From the NCBI GenBank assembly GCA_964036045.1, contig OZ038378.1, forward strand, positions 172,732,001 through 172,796,000: DNA of 64,000 nt, in the 5' to 3' direction. Position numbers and translations under genes: made by a program. The notes beneath the pieces were generated by a model, which was not told where the DNA came from, made no database searches, and saw only the letters and a program-made list of their open reading frames with translations. Numbering within the stretch: the first letter of the stretch is position 1; every line of letters begins with the position of its first letter. Below are positions 14,101 through 26,100 of the stretch, in pieces. This DNA is from Eutreptiella sp. 'Long Island Sound 2002'. Taxonomy: Eukaryota; Protista; Euglenida.

Positions 14101-17100
14101 CACCGGTGACCTTTTAGGGGGTGCACTAAGCGCAGCGCGCACAGTGCAACTATTTGAACGTCTAGCCGTCCTAGAACCCCATACTTTGTGATACTATGGG
14201 CATTATTGTTGTTTGAAAACGGGTAGTTTGATGCTTCTCTCACATTGGGGATATGGTATATTTGGATTCTCACCCAGTTTCACCCATTTTCATCCATTTT
14301 TTGCTTGTTTCCACCACATCCACTCCTTACTAGGTTGATCTCTCCCCACCATGGGGACCCTGAGAAGGCAGGGGTGATGTAGCCAATGCTGAGTTTGCGC
14401 TTCTTTCTTGCGACGTGAGGCAGAAACGCTGTCCAAACCGCATGCGGCTTGGGGACTCATTACCATAGTGAAATCTATGGGAAAGGTAAAGGCAAAGTAC
14501 CGTCAAATGACCGCTCGCCATAATGCTAGTAACAGGCATATGTGTGTCTCTCTTTGAGGTGCCTTCCCAAAGGCAAGAGAATTTGTCTGGGGTTTCAGTG
14601 AACTTTTTTGGTGATTTTTGATTCCAAAAGCATTTCTTTCGTGACTGTGGTGCCAGATTCCATAATGACTGATTCATGGTCCCAGCCAATTGAGCCTCCG
14701 GCCACGACTGCCCCCGCCCCAGTTTTGGGGCTCTCTGGTGGTTGAAGGGGTTGACCGCCCATTTCTCTGGACCCATGGTGGATATGTGCAACTGAGGACT
14801 GAATGAGAAAGGAAATGGATGCAATTGCCTGGTGCTGCGTATCGAGGGGGCCAACTGGGTGTTTGGTAGGTACACTGGACGCACATTGGTGCGCGGGCGA
14901 AGGGGATCTTCTTGGGTGCACGGCAAAGTAGGGAGCAACAGCTGCTGCGTTTCTGCAAGTGCACGAACTCTTTCAGACCTGTTCAGATTGTAGCGGATGG
15001 GATGGATACCCCTCTCCTTGCGCATGGTCTAACCTTTGTGGCTTCCAACCTGCCTCCTGTTGAAGGCCGGGTGTGCAGCAGCAACAAACGGACCTGGAGA
15101 CCTCTGCAGATACACAGTGTGCACACGGCCCCACAAGGATTGACAGCCGCGATGCATTGGGGGCGGGGATGGCAATTCCACCACACCTTGTGGACCAAAA
15201 AATGCAGAGGCCCCTGAGCAGTCCACAGGGTTGCAAGTGGATCGGCGTGCAGTGTGACCTTCCAGATCTCTTGATGTAACAAACAGCGTTGCATTGTGAC
15301 GGCTATAACACAATTTGTCAGGGAATCGACCCTGAGGTCGACCTGCGGGCGAACCCAAAGTCTGTGAGCGTGGCCTGGTCGTAGTATGAGAGACCGTGGC
15401 GCCCCCCCCCCCGTGCCTCACATTGCGCAGGTCGCCTTGGCATCCACTCCGACATGCTGCTCCTGGTGCCCCAGACCAGCCCCCAGCGGTTCCTCCTGCG
15501 CCTCAGCCCCAACGTCGTCGTGGAGCCGGGCTGGCCCCCAGACCTGCCCAAGGTCCCGCTGCCGGACTCTGCCTCCTCCTGCACCGTCTGGTCCATCGCG
15601 ATCCCGCAGGGGCCGGAGCACGCGCTCTGGTTCGCGGTCGCCGCCCCGGACATTGACCCGGTCATCACCGCCGTGCGCCAGGCCATACGGGACCTGCAGT
15701 GCCAGGCCGACCGGCGGGACGCGGCCTCCCATCCGCTGCTGGAGGAGCTGGAGGAGGCCGCCTCCATGGCCCCGGGCGACGAAGAGGCGACGCTGGAGGC
15801 GGGGGCGGAGGCGGAGGCCGAGGAGGAGGGTCTGCTGCCCAGCGGGAGCTCGTTCAGCGTGCGCGTGGACCTGCGGGCGATTTCGTTGTCGCTGGCCCCG
15901 TCGGAGGTGTGTTGTTGTGACGGTGTGCATGTGCTGGGGTGCCCCCCCCCCCCCCTCCCCCAAACGGACAGCCGCCCCCCCCCCCCCCCCCGCGAGAGCA
16001 ACACCCTTGTCACAGCAACAGTCGGTGTTGTTTCTGCAACTTTTGGAACCCTGTCCTACTTGGCCTTTCATGAATCCCCCCCCGTTGTCAGAGTGACACT
16101 AGGTGTTCTTTCCGTCAAATTGTGGGACTCTAGTGTTGCTCTCGCAAGGGGGGCGGGCGGGGCACAGCCACCACCATGCGCTTCACATGCACGTCCTCTG
16201 CTGACCTGCTAGGGCCCCTTTCAGACTTTGTCCCATGACGTTCCGTCTACCCACCGCCGGTGGTCGACCACCAACCGCTGGCGGTAGACTGCCAACCGCC
16301 AAACTGAGAGCCTGGATTTCTCCAATGAACAACACAAAAGAAACGCTTTTGGCGCCTCTGCTGGGACCAGTTTTAGGACCACATCTGAAAATTCGCGATT
16401 GTAGCTGTTTTTAGGCATCGACCGACCGCATGATGCCCGCGTCCCTCTGCTTTAGTGCGCCACTTTTCTGTCTGGTGCCTTCTCTGGTTGTGGTCCATTG
16501 GCCCCGGTGTTGCCAGAAGTTAATACTGTGTACCTTCTTGTTTGCAGGGCTCAGGACTGCGGCCGCTGGAGACCATGTTCGAGGAGCTGCGGCTGGAAAT
16601 ACTGTCAGGCCCCACTGGCAAGACCATCAACCTCGACACGCAGAAGTTCCGCGTGATCGACCACAGCAACGCGAACGCGAAGCAGTTTGCGGACCTTGTG
16701 ACGCACTACTCATCCACCGAGGCCCAGGTCTGAGGTCAGGTGCATGGGATGAGAGGGGGTTGGCGCACGGGGTGGGCAGGGCCGCCACATAGTCTGAGGG
16801 CGGGGTGGTGCCTGTCAGAGGCTTCGCCGCCAATTTCCCTGAGCAGTGTCGGTACGGTGGGGGTTTGGGTGGCGCGGGGGTGTGGACGGGACAGCACATG
16901 GCGACACGTGATGAATGCGGGTCACGCGTGCAGTGAGAAGGGGTGGTACGGTGTGTGGGCGTGTGGACTGCGGAGCGTGAGGAATGCAAGGGTCTGGGCA
17001 AGGAAGGCGCCTGTGGCAGCGTCTGGGGCAGGGAAGGGCGTGCAGGAATGGGCCAGGCTGGGCACGTGGATGCCACAGGGCCCGGGCAGAGCATGGGGTT

Positions 17101-20100
17101 ACGACGGAGACTTTTGATAAGCCCACACTCTGTAGTCCAACCTCCGGGAACCGTGCGAGTTGGGGCTGCGGACACGGGCAGAACACCCGGAACGGCAGCG
17201 CACTCCGGGTGTGTAACGCCTGGTGATCCGGGCCCCCCTGGTCCTGTGTTACAGTTTGCCTCTTCAAAACGTGGTGTAGAGCACCCTCCACATTTCACCG
17301 TCGTGGGAATGATTGCATGTGAAGCCTGTCCGCCTTTGCAGGGAAGTGGATGCCGCAGGGGCAGAATGCTGCGATGGTGAGCAGTGGACAGACATCCCAC
17401 TCTCGTCTACAAAGCTCTCCCCCCCCCCCCCCCCACACACCTCCCTCCCCGAATATGCACTCCCCGAGAACCACACCCGGAGGCACACCTCCACGCAACA
17501 GAATCAAATGCGTGGATATGGAAGCACCAACCTGCAGCCCACTCCCCTCTATTTTCTACCTCTCCTGCAAACCCTCCGCTCGTCCAAAGCAGCTGAAAGT
17601 CAAAGTCCGCAGCCCACCTCCTGGCATTCCGTGTGCCAGCATGTGGTGTCGTGTGGAAGGGGCCAGGTACCAAGTACCAAGAACTGTTTTTGCGCGCTTT
17701 TGGTGCCGACGACTTGCACATGTTGGCCGGCCGGGGGCTCGGTCACCCCGTATCAGATTCCGCCCCCGTGAGTCCAACACCCACCCCCCTCCCAAAAAAC
17801 AATGCACACTCACGTGCCTCCGAGTGAACCGGTTCCTGACGCTCTTGGTGCGCCGCCCTGTGTCAGCCTTCCGGCAGAGCGGTTCTCAAGGATGTCCATG
17901 ATCCCCCCCCCTTTTGCAGCGAGGATCGCCCCCAGGGACTGCTCTGATTACCGTCAAACTGCTATCGGTTACCCTCCAACCGCCGTCGGTCACCTCAACC
18001 ACCCTCCAAAGGTCGGGCTGGACTTGCCGGACGCCGGTACCTTTTGTGCTATTGGGGAGCGCCCTTCCGTCCCGAGGTTCCGTTCTGTTTGTCGGCCTGC
18101 CGCACAATGTCTTGCCTGAATTGAAAATGAGGCTCGTAATCCAACCGATTATATGTACACCAGCCAGGCCACGGCTTACTGGCCACAATGAACTATACCC
18201 GGGGGGGGGGAGGGCCAAAAAAAAAAGTTTGTGTACCTTAAATCGACCTCCAATTTTGGGCCCATTTGATAAATTTCATTTTTTTCCTGAGGAAAATTTT
18301 CTGATGTGGGTGGGTCAGACGGAGGAACCCAGGCTTCCGCCCCCCCCCCCCCCCCCCGAGTAACGGTACGCCGTGGCCTGACACCGGCTTCCCCTTGTGC
18401 CAGTGTTGAGTGATCCCCCCCTGTCGACGCTCTGAAGCATCCCCGTCTCACACCAAACCACAGGCTGACGGCCCCGTGCTGGAGTTGAAGGCCCACATGG
18501 TCCAGCGCCTCGCAGTCGACCACCTCCTCTCGCACACCAACGTCACCGGCACGTTCCAGGGCTTCACCCTCAACATCGAGCGCACCACCGCCCCAAAGCT
18601 CCTCCGCCTCTTCACGCTGTTCCTGCAGTCCGACCGCCGCGTCGCGAAATCCCGCGCGCAGATGCTGCTGGTCATCTCCGAACTGCAGGCGAGCGCGGAG
18701 GCCCCGGCCGTGGGGACCGGGACGGAGGTGACGTCGAAGTTCATGCTCAAGGGCATGGCCATCAATTTCGTGAACGACGACGCGCTGCTGTTCGATGCCT
18801 TTTTGCAGGAGGCGGAGCTGGAGCTGAACCTGGCGGAGACCGGACATCTGCGGGTGTCCGGGAAGCTCGGGGACGTGGTGGTGGAGAACCACTCGGAGCA
18901 CATCGGTGTGTGGCAGCGCGGGCGTCTGGAGGGGGGCTGTGAGGGGTACTGGGGAACGCAAGGGTGTCAACGAGGGGCGTCTGCATACCCGAACAGCAAC
19001 CGCAACAGCGACAACGACAACGACAACGACAACATGAGAGCAACAACGAGGACGACGAGATGATGACGACGACAACGACACCCACCATCAGACATCAGGG
19101 GGGGGCGGATTGAGGTCCGCAATTTTTCGGAATTTTTCGCAATTTCGCAATTTTCGCAATTTTCCGCAGTTTTTCCGCAATTTTTGCGTGTCCACCTTGC
19201 GTGCTTGTTGGTGCCCTGTGTGTCGCCTGTGCAGAAGCGTTGCCCCTTGAGGCTTCGGGAGGTTTGGTTACGGCACCGCAAGTTGCCGGCAATTTTCCGT
19301 AATTTTTCGCTATTGGATTTGACGCTCCCTGACCGCAATCCCCCCCCCCCCCCCCGCGCAACCACCAACGGCCGCCTACTTTGTTATCATAGTCAACCGA
19401 CACGCCGATGCATGCGTACCGTTGGTGTGCCTGTGCGTATTTTGGCACGCAACTGCCTTGTGCCGTGCTGTATCCGCTCACCTGGTTTTGTTTTCCTCGA
19501 CAGTTTATCCGTGTTTCGCACCGATTCCCTTCGTGGGCTTATGCCCCCCGTCCTGCTCTTTGCCTCTCGCTACAGGCGACTGCCACCGCCGCATTATGGG
19601 CGTGGGCTCCACGGGCCAGAGTTGTGTGGAGTTCACCTACACGTACCCGGTCGACAGCCCCACGACCCCCACCGCAGTCTCTGCGCACTTGGCGCAGTAC
19701 ACTGCCGCGCTGGAGCTCTGCATGTCGTCGGTGCGCATCGTGTACCTCACGCGGTTTCTGAACTTGTGCCGACGGTACCTTGACTACGACAACTACTTTG
19801 CGAAGGACCTGGCGCTTGTGGATCGCACCGAAGTGTCAGATATGCTGACGGCCAGTGTACACTACGTTGGGGAGCTGGCTCAGGCAGCTCTGGAGGTGAC
19901 GCGCACTCTGCTTCTCGCTCTTCGTCTCCCTGTCTCTCTCTCGCTCTCTCAGTCTCAGCCTCATTTTTTCTCTCCTTCTCCCTCCCTCTCCCTATTCTCC
20001 AACCTTCTCCCTCTCCTTCCCTCTTCGTCACCATCAATCCCTCTGCCTCATTTTCTCCTTCTCCCTCTATCTCTCCCTCTGCCTCTGCCTCTGCCTCTGC

Positions 20101-23100
20101 CTCTGCCTCTGCCTCTCTTCTTCCCCCTGCCTCTCCCTTTTCCTCTCCCTCTTCTCCCTCTCCCTCTTCTTCCTCTCCCTCCCCCTCTTCTCCCGCTTCC
20201 TCCTCCCCTCCCGCCCTCTCCCTCTGCCTCTCAGCTCTTTCCCTCTCCCTGCCCTCTGCTTCTCTTTGCCCCTCTCCCTGTGTCTCTGTCGCTGTGTTTT
20301 TCCCTCTTTCTCCCCTCTTCTTCTGCCTCTCCCTCTCCCAGGTGGCCCCGAAGCGGCTCCTGCAGCTGCAAGTCACGTTTGACAACCCCACGTTTGTGGT
20401 CCCCCTGCGGCACGACGTGGCGCGCTGCGCGTTGTTGCAGTTGGGCACCATCTCCTGCACCAACGAGCTAGTATCGACGGGGGACGGCGTCGCAGAGCTG
20501 GTGCATGTGAGGTGTGCCTTGTGATACTGCTCTCTAAAGGGACGTGCACGAGCATGTTAGCCCACATCACACTTTAGCACACCACACCACCCCCCTTCAC
20601 CCCCCACCTGCAGCCCACCCTTCACTCCCACCCCCACACACCACACCACACCACACCACACCACGGCACGGCGGTGGTGTACAGAAGGAGATGTGGGCCA
20701 TGGTGCTCGTTCAGGTCGTGCAGGGCCCTGAGGCACGGTGGCATAGGAGGTGAAGCGCCATCAGCAAGCGGAGCGGCAAGGGGTACCAAGGGGCAGATGG
20801 GAGAGCTCTGTAGATGCCCCCAGCCCCACCTCCGGAACACAGGGCTTACAGTTAGTTGTAGGGTTCAGGTTCAGGGCACACCCGTTTTGCATTTTCCCGT
20901 GTGCAAGATATCCCGGCCTTTGCCTAAGGATAACAGCGCCTTCGGCACACCACACCACACCACACCACACCACACCACACCACACCGCACCACGCTAATA
21001 TACCAGCACACCAGCACATCACACCACAGCCCACGCGTCGCCCTACTCCAGCCCACCCCGCCACTCTTCAGGGCTCTTGGGGCAGCCATCACATTAGATG
21101 AGCAGAGCATCTTGCAGTCCACAGACCTTACCGTTGAGGTCCGCCGACCGATCGTAGACCCGTCGGAAAGTGAAACGGAGGTTCGCTGCGAACTGTATGC
21201 CAACCGACTGGCGGCAGTGGTCTCGCAGGTACAGTACCGGACGCTGGTGGACATCGCAGTCTCCAACGTTCTGGACTCGTTTCAGTACCGACACATCCCC
21301 GTATACCCCGCAAAGCGCCCTCTGCGGGCTCCCACACAAGTGGCAGCCACTCCCGCTCAGGAGGAGTCGAAGATGGAGGTGTCTCTGTAGCAATGACATG
21401 CCCTTCTGTGTTCTAATGAATCCTATACCCTCCGCCAGACCACCTCTCTGGCGGCTGCTTCGAGAGGCAGGACGGGGAACAGCAGCAGCAGCAGCAGCAG
21501 GAGGAGGAGGAGCAGGAGGAGGAGGGGGAGAAAAAGGGATGGGGATTCGGAAGAAGTGCCGCCACAGCTGCAGCAGCAGCGGGAGGATGTGGATCAGGGG
21601 CAGCAGGAGCACGAGGAGGGGGAAGCGGAGGAGAACGAGGACTGGAAAGCGGGGGGAAGGAGGAGGAGGGGGGGGAAGTGCCGCCACAGCCGCAGCGGCA
21701 GCGGAAGGATGTGGATTAGGAGCAGGAACACGAGGAGGGAGGGAGGCGGAGCCGGCCCCGCCATTTGCGCCCCCCCCCCCCGTTCCTGTGTTCCGCTTCG
21801 CCCCTCGTCCCCACGTTTGCGTCCACTCCAAGCCCGAACCTTCGCAGGTGAGCATCACACTGCCGCTGCTGGAGCTGTGCCTGACACAGGCCGGGGCAGA
21901 GGCCTTCACCAAGATCCAGTGCATTGGGTATCAGCAGGAGCTCGCGGTGCAGAAGGATCGATACGTGACCACCATCGAAGTGCAGTCTGTCGAGCTGCAC
22001 CTGCAGAACGACCCGCAGTCGCTCTACCCGTGCCTGATCTCCCCCACCTCCGCCTCAGGCAACGACCGGTGGCTCTCGTTCCGGTTGATCACACAGAAGC
22101 AGACCCAGCAGAAGGACCTCAAGTTGGTGGTGCAGCCTCTGCAGGTCTGCGGGCTTTGCGCGCGCGCTGCGATTCCCTCCGTGCCCCATACCCCTCGAGA
22201 TCCGCTCTGCCTCACATTCAGGCTCCGTAAGGAATTACTACGTAAGGGGGGGGTTTCTGAGTGGGTCCCACCAAGGGCCGCGTATTCAAAGCTGATTTTC
22301 CCTCAGCCAAATTTTGCGTCAAAATTTTCTCTGGGTGGGTGGGTCTCGGAGCCAAAGGCCCCCCAGGCTCCTCTTATAAACAAAGGCTGCTCACACTCCC
22401 ATCCCTCTTTCAGGCTTCCCCATTTCACCCCCTGCCGCCTGATCACTTCGTATCCCCTTGGGCAACACAGTCCCTTGCCGTGAGAGTCAACGCCCACGGG
22501 CCTTGTACATGAACAAGGCGATTGATGACTCAGTTGTGCAGACAGGTTGGCAGACCCTGGAACGTCAAAACGCTTGTCAGGTTGCTGCAACAACTGCCCA
22601 TCAGAATGTAGAGAAGGACGGCATATGGCCATGGAAACAAGTGGATAAAGTAGATTCTTGAGGCGAGGGACGCCTCCGACGGCGTGAACCCTGACATCCC
22701 CATCCGCACTTTGACCTACATTCGTTTTCCTCCCCACTTTGTCCCTCTGCCCTCCTGACCACGATGCGCGTCATATCCGTGCGGAGTCCCGCGCTAATTG
22801 GGGTGTCCAAAGTGCCGGCGCCAGCCCACAGGGGGGGGGGGGGGGGGGCTCAAGACCCGACCCCAAGGGAGGGGGGGGGGCGGGCGTTACGGACCTCAAA
22901 ATGGTTGCATGGGTCAATGGATTTTGTGGGCTCCAAACCTGCCGGAGATTTTGTTTTAGGCATACGGCAGGGGGATTTTTTTTTGTTTTACCCGATGTGT
23001 TGAAACTCAAAATACTCAGCATTTTGTGGAGAATTCAGAAATGGGCGAAAAACTCACAAAAAACATTTTAACCCCGACCTGACCTCCGGGTCCGACCTTG

Positions 23101-26100
23101 GCTGATGGAAGCCTGAGCTGTTGGGCAATTTGTTTTTGAAAAAGAATTTTACGTTACTTGTGAATGTTCAAAATGATCAGCGCATCCTGGGGATCATTTT
23201 GAGGTATGCATGTTGGGGCACCCCCCCCCCCCCCCAGACAGAGTGCGAATACTCTGAGCGAAGATATTTCCGCAACGCGCTCGCCATGAATGACGCAGAG
23301 CGCAGAAGATACTGAAACACACTACCAGCAAGTCACATATTGGTGAGCTAGCACCCATGGCGTTGTGTGACATTCACGTTGCTGGTTGTGGTGAGCACCT
23401 CCCAGCCTGGGGTCTTTGTGATGACCGCATACCGGGCACTGATCAGGCGGTCAGGGGAGGACGCCATGGGCTGAAGTTGCATTCTGGATTCCCACCCATG
23501 AAGGTGGATGCCCGCGGCAGTGCGGATGCCCGTAGTAGTACGGATGCCTGCTTGTCATAGCAGAAGGTTCAAAGGTGAGAGGCCAATAGGCGCCGCCACA
23601 GGCCAACAGAGCCAACCACCAAGGCCTTGTGCCAACCCCCCCCCCCCCCTCCCCAGGGACCCCGCCGGCTGACCGCCCGACCTGCCTACCCCCTGGGCTT
23701 GGGTCAACAACCCCCCCCCCCCCCGACCCGCGTCGGATGGGCCTGGACAGGGGGCCTCCACCACCGGGTTTCGCTTCAGCGGAGACCCCTCCCGGGGAAG
23801 GTGCGATCTGGATGGGGCAGCGGTACCACTGCCATAACAAGTGCTACACACTTGGAGCTGTGGTGGGTGTGATGTCCTCTGGCAAGCCTCACCAGTCTCA
23901 AGACCTGCCAACCTGGTCCTGTGGTCTAGTGGCTCTGCCCTGACCTCGTGTATCATGTCTCAGACTGTGCACCACTGCCTGTGTGCCTCTGACGATGTGG
24001 CACAGAGTGGGACCTGCAGTACTGCCACTGCTTGCGGGTGAGCGCAGATACTCCACTGACTGCTAAGCGTAGGGCACACAGTGCCCCCGGTCAGTACCAT
24101 GAAATAACATGGTGTGTGTGTGTGTGTGTGTGTGTACGTGTGTGTGTGAACGACGATGGAACACAAGGTGGGGATACACAGTGTGCTGAAAAGAGCAGAG
24201 TGTGTCGGGATTCAGTGCGCCTGGGTTGCCTAGGGTCAGCGGTGTCCTGTTACCCCCGAGTCCAATGCGGGGAGCCTGCGATGCCCATACAGGTTAGCCA
24301 CAGGGTCTCAGAGCCTGGCGCATCAGGCCACATCAATACTGGTGCTGGACACATTCCCATCCCATCCCATCCCCCCCCCAACGACGACCCTTGCAATGGT
24401 TGAAGACCCCTCGGGGTCACATCCCGCTAGGCAGCCGCCCTTGTGCGCCAGCTGAGGGGTGCTTTCGTTGGGGAAGCTGGACGGTTTGGTAAGTCCAGCA
24501 CACCGGATGTGTCCAGCGCTGTGTTGCACGTGCCAGGTATTTTGAGTGGCACGTGATACAGGCCTGATTGTGAACGAGATCCAGTTTCTTGCCAGTACAT
24601 CTGTCAGTAGCGTCCGTCTTGATGAGAGTGAGAGCGGGGATGAGGATCTGGGAGAGTGAGAGCAAGAGTGAGTGCGTTAAAGAATCACACCCGGGGGCTG
24701 TTCAAATACGGCTGGCTGATGACCATGTCGTGCAACGGATCTCCAGTTCCTTGTGTTTTGTGTGACCTGCTTGGTTGATCAAGGTCTTTTGTGCCGACTG
24801 GGAGGAACCAAAGCGCATTTTCCGGGCCGCAGTGAAGAAATGGTCTCCTCATCATTGCCGCATACCGTCCCCATGGTGTGATATCCCTGCCGGGGCTGGC
24901 AAGCTTCACAAGCAGTCGCTCCCATGACCCGTGAAGTCTCAAGAGTGCTCATACCAACCCCCTTCACCTCCCAACAAGAAGAGTGTATTCATTGCATTCG
25001 GTGGGCTACAGTTCCACCTCCCAATGCATGACGTGGCAGACACGTCTGCCCTCACCTTGCTCCTGCCCTCATTCTCACCATAAACCCCACCCTCCTTCTT
25101 TCTCTAACACACATGCACATTGGGATGGTGGAAAAAATTTTTGTCCGGAGGGGGGGGGGGCTGGGAGCCCCCCAATTTCTTGGGGGGGGGTTGCGGAAAG
25201 GGGTTCCTTCGGCCAGGCCTTTGTAAAAGTTTTTTGTTGCTGGTAGTGTGCCCGCGGGTGTCACACAAGGGGTTGAGATGCTTGGAAGTGGATTTTGTCT
25301 TGATCGCTTTCACTCAAATTTTTGTCCACCACAGATGGTTCCTGACTTTTTGGTCTAAAATGGCTGAGAAAGACACTCCATAGGCAATCCCAAAGAGCCC
25401 CCCTCTGGAAAGAGGGTGTGTGAGAGCAGGGTCCTTTTTTAGTAGGGTCCTTTTTTGGCAGCCTGTCTGAAGAGCCCCTGCCAAAGGTGGGGCGCGCGCG
25501 GGACCCAACCGCACGCGGGACGGTCAACGTCATACGGAGACGTGAAATCTGCGTGCGGGTGGGACAGGAGTGGGTGTGCAAAAGGGGCACCCAGGAGCAC
25601 CAACAGACAGGGGGAGGAGCAACACAGACACACAAGACGCGGGAGCCACACCAGGATGAACGAGGGCGAGAACAGCAGACAAAGAGGAGGGGCGCAGCAA
25701 GGCAGGAGAGGCAACCAGAACAGGGAACCAGGATGGAGGGGATGGGTGAGCGTGCGCATGGGAGGCAGCAACAACAAAGGGGATGGCATGGCCAGCCAGC
25801 CCTGTCGCTACCGGGTGCCAGGGCAACCCCTGCTCAACCGGCATCAGGTGGGGGGTGTCTCCCGCAGCCGAGATGGGCTGTTTGCGCAACAAGAGCAGGA
25901 GCCCACCAGGGGCAGACCAGCCGTGAGGGGGAAAGGGACATATGGTGTACGGCCGGGACAACGCGTGGAGGAGCAGGGCACCTGGGCGTCACGCACACGG
26001 AAACACAGCGAGGCAGGTTATGGACGGCCTGTGGACAGAGGCACGTGGACAGCAAAAACAGTCAAATGACGCTGGCAACAACCAGCACAACCTCAATACG

